Shown here: positions 54,201-64,000 of the stretch, piece by piece
Layout of the letters: the number at the start of each line of letters is the position of its first letter
Numbering within the stretch: position 1 is the stretch's first letter
Assembly: GCA_000934665.2 (NCBI GenBank)
Contig: JYFJ02001969.1
Location: forward strand, 1 to 64,000
Source of the DNA: Catajapyx aquilonaris
Lineage: Eukaryota
Reading direction: 5' to 3'
DNA: 64,000 nt
Position numbers and translations under genes: made by a program
The notes under the pieces: generated by a model
The model's input: the letters and a program-made list of their open reading frames with translations, nothing else
Told to the model about the DNA's origin: nothing
The model's database searches: none

Positions 54201-57200
54201 AAAAATCAGCAAGAAATTTATGCATTTGGGAAGTGGGCAGAGTGAGTCAATAATTATGTGTAAAATACCCAATATGTGACACACAATGCAGCAAGGAAAG
54301 GTACAGGATACTAATATAAAATTTGGATTGTCAACTTCAATTCTGGAAGGGTAATGTCATAAGAATGATTGCATTTAAGTTGTTCTAATGCAACATATCT
54401 TCAACAGTTCCAAAGGATGGCATCCAGGTTATCTAAACCTTTTAAAGCCTCTTGGATCTGCCACATGAAAATCAGGCATGCAAATGGCAATGAATATTTT
54501 TGCGATGTCAAGGTAAATCCTACTGAAAAGAGGACTGGTTTGCTTTTAATCCGAAGGTGTGCAGTTGTCATATTGCTGCTGTCGCACACCCAATGGTACC
54601 TCCACTGTGCTGTAGTGGGGGGAGTTTCAGTTCTCTGGTGATCCCAAGAGCTATATTGGTGGTAGCTTTGTCTACTGGCAGGGTCAGCTGAGCAGTAAAG
54701 GTCTTGATGGGGTAGAAGACAAACAAAAAGACACCACCATTTCCGTCTTCTAGCTCTTCATTTCTGCCTCCATCTGTCCCACCTATGTAGCTTTCTAATA
54801 GCCCGATAGCCTTAATTGTTTTGGCTCCTCCCCCATTCAAAAACAAAAGAAGCTGTTGTCACTTTCAACATGCTTGATCTTTAGCTGGATATTAACATGC
54901 TTCTTTACTTAATACTCTTAAGGTCCTAATAATTAATGGTGAAACTAGAACAAGAAAATAACGTGAAAATAAAAGAGTACCAACTATGTGCTTGAATTTT
55001 CCAAAATCTAAGTGCAGGTGCAATATTTCTAATATAACACCATTACCATAATTTAAAACACCTCTTCTTGACTGATTAAATGCACAAGATTGGAAGATGC
55101 AGGCAATTAGCAAGGCTATGCTTGAGCATTGTGGTGAAAACACCCTCAGAAGCATTATAAGTCAGCCAGGAAAAGAACAGTACGCATATGGTTTCCTGAT
55201 TGGAAGAGCTCCTCCCTCCCTACAACAGTGTCAATGTTATTCTGTGCATGTACCTCTCCCTTCTCCAATGAATTAGGACAGTTGACTTCAGGCTGCCTTT
55301 GAAGCAGGTATGCCCCAGCTTTGCATATAAGATGAGGAGAAGCTTCCCCTTCCTTGCTTCGAATTGATCAATGCATTCCTATCAATATGAGCTGCTTCAG
55401 TCTGACCCCTCCCTACCTGTGTGGTCTCTCCCCCTACCATGACAACACGACCCTTGCTACTCTGACATTGCAAGAAACTACTACTCTTCCAGAGCAGGCA
55501 CACAATTTACCCAAGGGACGTAATGATGATGTCAGGGCCAGTCTGCCTTGATGTTACTTTCCTGAATGATCTTACAAGGGAATGACCAAGGGTGGTAACC
55601 TCAGATTTGGCTGAAACTTGCATGAGGGGTCAATCATGTGCCATAAACACAGTAGTAAAAGTCTTAAGTGACCGTTTTCAGTCATTTCCGAGATATTAGT
55701 GATAGAAACATCTGAATTTCGGCCGTGTGTAAAGGGGTATAGGAGCCTTGCCGGGCCATGCACTTGTCCCTTCCTGCCTGACAGCCAAAACTGGGATTTT
55801 TCTGGTGGAAAAGAAGGAAGGAAAGAGGGAGGGAGGGAGGGAGGGAGGGAGGGNAGGGGGGAGAGAGAGGGTGAGTGCAATAGGGCCAGGGGCTGTGTTA
55901 GGGGGGGTGGGACACCACCATATATTTTGCCTTCAATTTTTCTTAATTTTCTTCAGTCACCATGCAAGGAGGAAAGGATAATGAGGTAGGTACGGGGATT
56001 TTCCGGGGAGGAGACACAGGTGCAGGTGCAATGTCTCAAAAAGGGTCATGTGCAGTCTCCCTGGAGGCTAGTTGCCAGACACCTCCAAGGTGTGGGTCAG
56101 AGACCCTCCTGCTGACGCAGGTGAAAGGTAACTCCTGGGTGGGGATCGAACTCAGGACCTTTCACTCAGAAAGTCGAGACATTACCGTTTCGGTCCCCAC
56201 GCCTCCCCTACTCTCACCAGTGTTTTTATGGGACATGATTGACCCCTCATGCACGTTTCACCCAAATAGGAGGTTACCACCTTGGTCTTTTTAATACAAA
56301 TCCATCACCCAATTTATGTTTCTGGCACAGATTTGTCATATACAAGCACCTAGGACTTCCATTTCATACAATGGATCGAGAAAGGGAGGGAAGGAAGGGG
56401 ATCTTGCCAGGTACTATCTGTACAGAAATGGTACGGACACTTGTCAAAGGTCAGCTTACCTCCGAGTGTCCGTAACATTTCCGCACTGATAGTACATTTG
56501 TGATGACACACTAAAATTCTGCAATGAGACAACCTAAGACACCACTGACATTAAATGCACCGAATGTGAACTTCTGTAATGGCTAAGTAACAAATATAAA
56601 TAGTTGTGGGACAAGCCATACCTTTGTCTTCCTGCTTTTGCTCAATCCTTTCTTAGGTCCATTAGGGGGACTGGTCACTGGATTACCATTCACATCCAAG
56701 GAAGGCTTGACCTTGTGTGAAGATTGCAAGTCAACAAAACAGTTCTGAGAAACTGAGAACATGAGATGAGGGGGCGGAAAACCTACATCGTAAGTCCCAC
56801 ATTCGTCCCTGTCCTTCTTCCTGTGCCTTCCTCTCTCTTCGCCATTGTCATAACTGTCCGCCTTTCCTAGAGGCCCTGGAAAGAAGTACATAACATATAG
56901 TAGGCAGTTACAATCCATACTACTTTCTAATTAGCTGCCAAGTTATAGACTCGCACTTATTTGTGCTGTACCTACAGACAGACAACAGTTGCAGAGTTCA
57001 TGTGCACCTACAGGGGATAGTTGGATGAGGTCATAGGATTGATTTTATGGAATAGGTACCTGGAGGTATGTGGGAGTGTCATTTTAAAGTGGTATGCTTA
57101 ATAAATATACGAATTGACACACCTTCTCTAACGATGGGGTAATATAGTCTTGGGTTGCCCAAGGCCAGGTCATCCAGTCCATTGCGGTGGGGAAACACGT

Positions 57201-60102
57201 CCTGGAAGGATCCTCCTGATCCAGGCTTCAGGGTGTGCAAATATTGCCCAAATATGTCGTGGCCAATATCACGGTGAGAGGAAGCCTACAAACCACCCAA
57301 ATGGATTGACTCAAAAAATACTCGACCATGATAAGGGTACCAATACCTTCCAGTTCAAAACAACTGGTAAGTATGTAGCATGCACACAAGTTTGTTCTCG
57401 ACGATAACATGTAATTGAAATATGGTCCTGATTAGTGAGGATTACTTTTGGACAGAATACTTACACCTTAGGGGTCGTGCAAATACCACGTGACCATTTG
57501 GGGGGAGGGGGGGGTGTCGCCGAGAGTTTACGTGGTATCTCTGAACACGGTGAATGGGCACATAAGGGAGCTTTTACAGATGCACATGGGTTCAAAATAA
57601 CGTTGAGGAGCTATCATTTTCAATCGCGGTTTTTCTGATAACATCGACATTTTAAATAAACCACGTGAAAGGGGGGGGNGGGGGGGGGGTTCAAAAAGTG
57701 GTTTAAAAGCGGTCACGTGGTATTTGCACGACCCCTTACCAAGTTCTTTTAAATTGCCACAGATTACTATTTCATTCCCTGATGCCTGGAAAAGTTTCAC
57801 ACAGCCATAAGATTTCATAACAAAAATGTCGGCGACTGCTGGTTAAAACAATACCTTGCATTATTACTACTAATACTCCAAACAACAAAAGTTATTGACC
57901 CGAGACCTCTTGCAGGATGTCGTAAGATTTTTGACTTGCCTAGACAATGGTACTGTTAAATACCTCGTATTTAGTGATACACAGCCAGAGAATTTTAAAA
58001 CCATGCAAATACAAAGAGAACCCATCAAAACTCAACTGCCATTATTTCAAAAAAATTTGCATCTGCACATAATGTACGGAAAACGAGAGAACAATCTGAT
58101 GTCATCGTTTCTTCCATTGTTGCTTTTTGTTGACACTGTTTACTCATATTGTTCTGTGAGGGTATTTCCACGGAAACCTTGATGACGTCAGATCGTTCTC
58201 TCATTTTCAATACATTAGCTGTCAAGTCAAGTTTCTGAGCAACCCACTTAGAAACCCAACCTTACTGCTAGGTGCAGGTGCAGCAATTTCTGGAATGATG
58301 GCAGTATAACGCAATGTCCTTCATTTAATCCCTTGATCCGATTCAAGACCAGTGAGCTGTTTGAAGAGCTTTGCATTTCTTAAGGTGCAACAAAATAAAC
58401 CAAGGTGATGATCTGTACACATCCCGCGGCAGAACTGGCCAAAGCAACTAAACCTACCTGCAACTGCGTGAATGCAATTCCAGTGTCAGGGGCGCATTCC
58501 TTGTCACCACCCTTAAGGCCATTTCTAAACCCTGCACTAGGCGGACAACTCCTTGCTACACTGCTGGCTCCTGAAGATGAAGAGGATGAAGAAGAGGATG
58601 AGGTCCCATATCCCCCCCTGGCCAGCCGTTCTGCAGCTCCAGGATCTTCAGAGATGATGCCTCCCCCTGACCTCATCAGTAAAGGGGTGCCTTCTCCAGC
58701 TCTCCGTCCACTACAGATCAGCTCTTTTAACTCAATCGAGTCCTTTGTGGGGTCTTCCTCCCCACCTCCCATCCCCACCCTCCCACCAACACAGCCTTCA
58801 CTCGAGTCCACTTCTGGGCTCACCCTGTAGCAGGCCACTTCAGCACACCCTTCAAGGTCTATCACTGTGTCATTGTTAACAGGGCGGCACCGGATGTCAG
58901 ATGAGTCTGAGAGGCTACCCCGTGGTCGGACACCACCACTGCCGCTAAAATCTAGTGGCAGGCCTGACTTTCCTCCGTCCAGTGAACCACCTTCCCTCCG
59001 CTTCTTACGTCTGCATGACCCACTAGCACTCCCGACACTATTACTGACACCACCATGCACACCCACCAGGGGCAGCTGCTCCTCGCTAAGCAAGTTCTGC
59101 AGTGACCCCCCCCTAGTTTGCCCTGCTGACACCAGGGCAGCGCTCAGGTGCTGACGGGCCAGGCTGTGGTCTGATGCGGAAGACGATGTGGCAGCAGCAG
59201 ATGAGGAGACATCCTTTCGGCGGCGACGAGATCCCCGAGCAGGCTCATGGACCCCCACAAGGGGAGGGCTCTCTTCACCTGACTCACTCTCTGCCTCTGC
59301 TTCCTTCAGGAGATCCTGCAAAATTAAGCAAGTTGCATTTTGTTGCGCAAATGCTACACGGTCATCAAAAATATTTACTACTATAGATGAATTTTTTCCT
59401 GAGCACAAGCGAGTGTGCACCCACACTCACGCAGCTCCACTGCTATGACAACAATGTTGGCAGAGTTACTCCCCATTCACACTCGCAGCCTCTGAGGTTC
59501 GCTCCCAAGCCTTGGCAACTTTGCAATCATCAGTCATATTGTCCCCCGTCCCCCCAAATGTAATATTGGAAACAAGTGTGCGGCTTATTTATCAGTACAC
59601 CCACTATACAGAGAACTTAACAGCAATTGAAAATTCCAACCGTGCAGGCTGCAAGAACTGTGGTGCGCACACGGTTGTGTTTATAAAAAAATCCATCAAC
59701 AGTAACAAACATTTTTGATAACAGCTAGAACTATCTATTGGAACTCAGCTGGCGAGGTATACCCTGCCAATTCCTTCGGAAACAACTTCCTTCCTGTCCT
59801 ATCCAATCATTTGCTCTCCTGCTTCCTTGCATTGCCTTATTAGTTGAGAAGTCTAGAGAAAGTGCATATTTCCAAGACTGGCATGCAACTGGTACTCTAT
59901 TATTTTATGGCCCAAGCAGGTTTTTTAATACCATGATACCCAGTAAGCACAGGTGTAGCAGCAAACTACACTTTATTATGCGCACCTGAAAAATTTGGCT
60001 CTTGCCCTCTCTGTCCTTTGGCAATTTGTAGTGGTAAGCTTCTTCCAAGAGATCTTTCAGCTGCCTGTCATCAAGGCCAGACACATCCGTGCTCTTCTTT
60101 TC
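51258..60102 (-). CDS. Large uncharacterised, largely low-complexity protein; 5' end not located
   Basis: Phase-consistent exons 60102-59986, 59315-58458, 57285-57123, 56875-56787, 56711-56622, 54180-51864, 51322-51258 (stop). Short non-repetitive blocks LKDLLEEAYHYKLPKDREGKSQIFQDLL, ENVAGYIGNSDLNVILKYLD and FNYDRIVEFVGQAWDYATRE...VQYY amid Ser/Gly/Pro/Glu-rich tracts. Confidence 0.78.
55584..56287. mobile_element. MITE-like element with ~65-bp TIRs
   Basis: gaccaagggtggtaacctcagatttggctgaaacttgcatgaggggtcaatcatgtgccataaa vs tttatgggacatgattgacccctcatgcacgtttcacccaaataggaggttaccaccttggtc. Contains a (GGGA)n tract. Confidence 0.75.
55920..56203 (-). mobile_element. Degenerate tRNA-derived SINE-like sequence inside the MITE
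   Basis: Minus strand head ggcgtggggaccgaaacggtaatgtctcgactttctgagtgaaaggtcctgagttcgatcccc with a degenerate A box and B box GAGTTCGATCC. The 3' boundary is uncertain. Confidence 0.5.
57471..57735. mobile_element. PIF/Harbinger-like MITE with TTA TSD
   Basis: TTA|ggggtcgtgcaaataccacgtgacc ... ggtcacgtggtatttgcacgacccc|TTA, a perfect 25-bp TIR. Confidence 0.88.
58077..58210. mobile_element. ~130-bp mini-MITE (copy 2)
   Basis: Reverse-complement homolog of 39639-39766, TA-flanked. Confidence 0.72.
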
Positions 60103-60942
60103 CTGGAGGAAGAATCAAGATCACATTATTTATTGAAAAGGTGCAATAAATTCCCAAGTGGAAGAAAGAGTCACTTCCTGGTATGATGTCACTTGCTGCC
60201 AAGTCTAGCATTTATGTCACTACCCAGTGGTCTCAACCATTAAAAAGTGAAAACCCACTCCTGTATTATCTGGGCCAATTCAATCTCTACCTGTGCCAAT
60301 CATGCAGTAGGTGCCAACAAAAGCACCCAGTCAAGTTCACTTTAACATAGAGGCCGGTTCCTCTAACTATACTGTGTAACAGGCGTGCTGCCTTCATTTC
60401 ACTTGCAAATAGATTATTTCATGCATATGAAAGAAATGAGCAAGAAAATTTCCATAGCCCAAGTATTCCACACAATAAACTAGGAATGAGTCTTAGAATT
60501 CTTCACAGATAAAAACTCTTTGTCCCTTTACACTGCCTCTTCAATTCCATTATACAAAACTATTCAGTGTAAGTTTATACAATCGACAACTCCTGGTCCT
60601 TTACACTAATATTTCAATTAGGTCAAGTACTATAACAAACTATCTGATTGTCACAGGAATGTATCCTCCGTTCTTCTGCATGAATCACAATGTTTCAATC
60701 TGGTTTCAATATGCCAATTTGACTCCCATTCTAGCACATTAATGAGAACACCCAAAGGCAATGCTTCCCAGTCAACATAATAAGTACCGGTAGTTTGTTC
60801 TTCATATGAAAATTCCATAATATGAATTCCCCCCCATGAACCCATCTTCAAGTATGGGCGTGAACCATACACCCAGTTGTATGCTTACAACAGTATATGT
60901 AACATGTAACTCACTGCCACACTTGCAGGTGAGGGGATAACA

Positions 60943-61151
60943 CAATGGTTCTCAAACTTTGCCACATCGGGCCCCCCTACAGAGTAATTTCAGATTTCCC
61001 CCTATTCAGAACTGCACATTTGGCTTTTAGAACTGCACGCTACAGTAAGCCCTGAGTAGTAGTTCTTACCTAATCAGTGCGACTTTTGTCCTGTTTCGAG
61101 TCACATAATTTTTGGATTCGCCCCGCGCGCCCCACAGTTTGAGAACTGCTC
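60943..61151. mobile_element. hAT-like MITE
   Basis: TIR caatggttctcaaact / agtttgagaactgctc. 8-bp flanking direct repeat ggataaca / ggataata (7 of 8 match). Confidence 0.7.
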
Positions 61152-61854
61152 GGATAATAGTAGAATTGAGCATCCACCAATGTTTACAGATATATGGTGG
61201 GATTGTCATGCACCCTTGCTAAATTAAATTAATTGGCAGCAACCCTTTATAAGCTTTCAGGAAAAAGTTGACTTCTGGTGGGATTCACAATCCAGGTCCA
61301 GACAAAGTGACAAATTCCAGTCACTGGGGAGAGACAGTGAGCCAATGGGAGCCAGTGCTACATGCTGGAGGCCAGGGGGTGTGCCATGTGGAATCGTGTA
61401 TTATGGTCATTCGAATTCCACTGTGAACAAGAGTAGGGTGAAAGAGGTACCCTGTGCTGCTAAGTCTCCCATCTCCCCCTTCCTGTAGTATCCAGTTGGG
61501 TATACTACTTCCAAAAGCAGTTCCCAGATTGTATTCCAGCACATCAGAAAGTGAGCAAGGTGGAGATAGGCATTTAGGGTGAAAAAGGGTCACCAAAGCC
61601 AATACACTAATGTTGTGGTGACACTGCATGTGGCATCTGAATTGATGGAGGGCTTCGGCCAGGGTATCATATTACCCAAGTCCACCCCTGTAGTGGCCAA
61701 TAGCAACATGGTATGAAAGTCAAAATTCAATCTGAAATGATCGCTCCAGAATAGATAAACTACAGTAGTCTTCAGTCCAATGCTGGATAACATCTCATGT
61801 AGCCTACTTGTCCAAGCATGCATTTTCAACTGATAATCTGATTCAGATCCCATA

Positions 61855-62160
61855 TACACTGTACTCCGATTATCTGGGTGAGGATTATCCATGCACGGCC
61901 AAAACAAAGGAAAATAAATGAAAGTCCGAAAAAAATGACTGCCTCGCAGACAAAGAAATAGACTTTTTCTAGAAGACAAACTAAAAATGTACGAGAAGTT
62001 TCATTATTTTGATTAAACCTTATTTAAAGTATCTTACAGTACATACAGTAGCTCATTAAAAACCTTTGAACAGCTCACTTTTACGGTATCTACCACCATA
62101 TTCCGATTATCTGGGGACACCCTTGCAGTCATTAGCGGGGACTATTGGGAGTACAGTGTA
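61855..62160. mobile_element. TA-flanked Tc1/pogo-like MITE
   Basis: tacactgtactcc ... ggagtacagtgta TIR. Internal repeat tccgattatctggg. Confidence 0.6.
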
Positions 62161-62403
62161 TTGCCAACAACATGTGAAAACCAACCTGCTTGGACTATTT
62201 TCAGCAAAGGAGCTATGATTTGAGGCTATGACCCAAGACTTCATGAACACAAATGCCTGAAGGTTGCAGTGGCGATGGCATGGGAGAGCAATCAGAATAA
62301 CAGCATTGCATGCACACTCCAATAACTCCATACAAGCACAGCTTGTGCAGCAACATGACTACAAATTATGCCATGACAAAGAGTTAAGCTTTACATCCAA
62401 AAT

Positions 62404-62689
62404 ACCGAAGCAGGTTGGCATAGTGGATAAGGCGTCCGACTGCTAATCGGGAGGTCCTGGGTTCGAATCCCGGGGTCGGCAACTCTGACCGTGGTTTTCT
62501 GTGGTTTTCCACGGTCCTTCCAGGAAAATTCTGGAGTTGTTCCCGTAATTAATAGGCCACAGCCGCTTCCTTCCGTCCCTATCCTATCCCAAAAAGCGCA
62601 GTAAAATGAAAGCAAAGAGTTCCAGGCAAAACAAAAACTTCCCCCCTAAAGAGCCGATAGGCTGATAACGGGGTATGAATTATTATTAT
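62404..62689 (+). mobile_element. tRNA-derived SINE, apparently full length
   Basis: A box TGGCATAGTGG (62416), anticodon-arm-like tccgactgctaatcggga, B box GGTTCGAATCC (62460), body gtggttttc...ggccacagccgcttccttcc, (TTA)n tail, and a TSD ttacatccaaaat / ttatatccaaaat. Confidence 0.85.
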
Positions 62690-63551
62690 TTATATCCAAA
62701 ATCATAATTCTGCGGATTGGTGTTGATTGGCAGCAGCCAGCTCAAGTCTATGTAGGATTACCCAACAAAACCTAACCTTCAGAATGTGCCTAGGTGTAGA
62801 TACTAGCCATCCCCGGACTCTGGTATAAAAGCAACGGTCATGCAACAGTTCACATTGCCATCCATACCAGAAAAAACACCAGGAGATGGATTCATCAAAT
62901 GCCATAATTCAAATTTTTGTTGTAACTGGTAGTAACCATAGTTAGTTCATTAGTAACTATGCTTACTACCGGTTACGACGAAAACTTGACTACGACATTT
63001 GATGAATCCACCCCGGATTCACCCCTACGATTGCAGTGTTTGTGTCTGGTGCTGCCCAGTCTCTGACTATCCTGATCTACCGCATTCTCATTTTTCTGCA
63101 GCTGCTGCCAGATAGGTTTCTCAGTTACACCTATTTTAGGGGTGGTAGCCCTAAGTAAGACTGTAGCATAGCATTTCAACAATTAATTTTTTTTCAACAT
63201 CTTGTTCTTCTTATTACATTTTTTTATTCGCCTTAACTCAAGTTCTGTTGTAGGTAGAGCTTCCAAATTTTGAACACGGCGTGAAGTGCATTCCTACCAT
63301 TTATCGCTAAACTGAATTCCTCTTCGAAATGCCGCAAAAAATTTAAAACCACTAAATAATACATTTTCATTTTTTTGCTCCATAACTATTCGGAATTTGG
63401 GTTCTTCATCAAAGGCCGAATGTACAGTAGGATGGTGCGGATCAATGTTCAAAACCTCACAGTTCCACCTAGTACAGGATTGAAGTCATGATTTTTATTA
63501 GTTCCGTCATCACCTAGCAATGTCAATTCATGTTTACAAATTGGCCACATT

Positions 63552-63697
63552 GGGGCCATGCAGACGGGCCAAGCCCGGCCACGGCCGCGACGGTTCACAC
63601 CTAAGGGGCCCCCTAGCAACGCCACGGCCAGGCCATGGGCGACCTTCCTGGAAGTTGGCCAGGGCCGCGGCCAAGCTTGGCCCGTCTGCATGGCCCC
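63552..63697. mobile_element. GC-rich 146-bp MITE/palindrome (Harbinger-like ends)
   Basis: Perfect 23-bp TIR ggggccatgcagacgggccaagc / gcttggcccgtctgcatggcccc. Internal ggccacggcc-like repeats. Confidence 0.75.
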
Positions 63698-63759
63698 TTT
63701 GTTTCTCTGCTCTGGGGTGAACGCCATCGCAAGGTATTAAGGCCATTTCACAAAAAGAT

Positions 63760-64000
63760 TTTGCGGCAGCGTCAAGCGGCAAACACGTCGCAGTGCAGTT
63801 CACATGAAAATTTTGCCGCGCGTCGGAGTTTGTCACGCGACAAATATCCCGCACTGCAAGAACAGGCCAGCCAGAATTTGGCGCGCGGTGAATATGACGC
63901 AGCCAATAGGGAGTCGTGGTTGTCGGTCACGTGACTGCTATGAGCATGCACCCCAGACTTGTCGCTAGTCGTCATTCGTGTCGCAGCTCCTTTTGTGTTT
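63760..64000. promoter_or_regulatory. CpG-rich promoter-like region at the window edge
   Basis: High CpG density, CCAAT near 63903, palindromic GTCACGTGAC E-box near 63926, E2F-like TTTGGCGCG. May drive the minus-strand gene or a gene beyond the edge. Confidence 0.4.

Noticed and set aside
62410..62480. tRNA-Ser(GCT) gene
   Set aside because: Acceptor stem does not pair well, there is no long variable arm, and it continues into a SINE body with tail and TSD.
62973..63182. First coding exon of the large uncharacterised gene
   Set aside because: No ATG-to-donor frame compatible with the phase-0 exon at 60102 was found; at most a 5'UTR exon.

Overview
Gene-dense eukaryotic (arthropod-like, intron-rich) genomic window, not prokaryotic. 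Nine protein-coding genes were reconstructed by hand from GT-AG splice sites and reading-frame phase: the 5' part of domino (EP400/SRCAP family, -), a Ttd14-like P-loop/CYTH protein (+), a small CCCH zinc-finger gene (-), a divergent hydroxyproline-dehydrogenase-like (PRODH2-like) gene (+) lying tail-to-tail with a canonical proline dehydrogenase (slgA/PRODH1, -), a DUF4807-like gene (+), bleomycin hydrolase (-), Rilpl (-) and a large, mostly low-complexity uncharacterised gene (-). Two U15/SNORD15-type box C/D snoRNA copies with compensatory stem changes sit in domino introns. Introns and intergenic DNA hold many short non-autonomous DNA transposons (TA-, TTAA-, TTA- and 8-bp-TSD types), a tRNA-derived SINE with a target-site duplication, and a ~290-nt foldback hairpin. 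The most interesting signals are the PRODH1/PRODH2-like pair with the Tyr/Ser specificity switch, the intronic snoRNAs and possible alternative terminal exons of Rilpl. No evidence was seen for a CRISPR-like or other wholly new system. Exon boundaries are manual predictions and family names come from motif recognition, not database searches.
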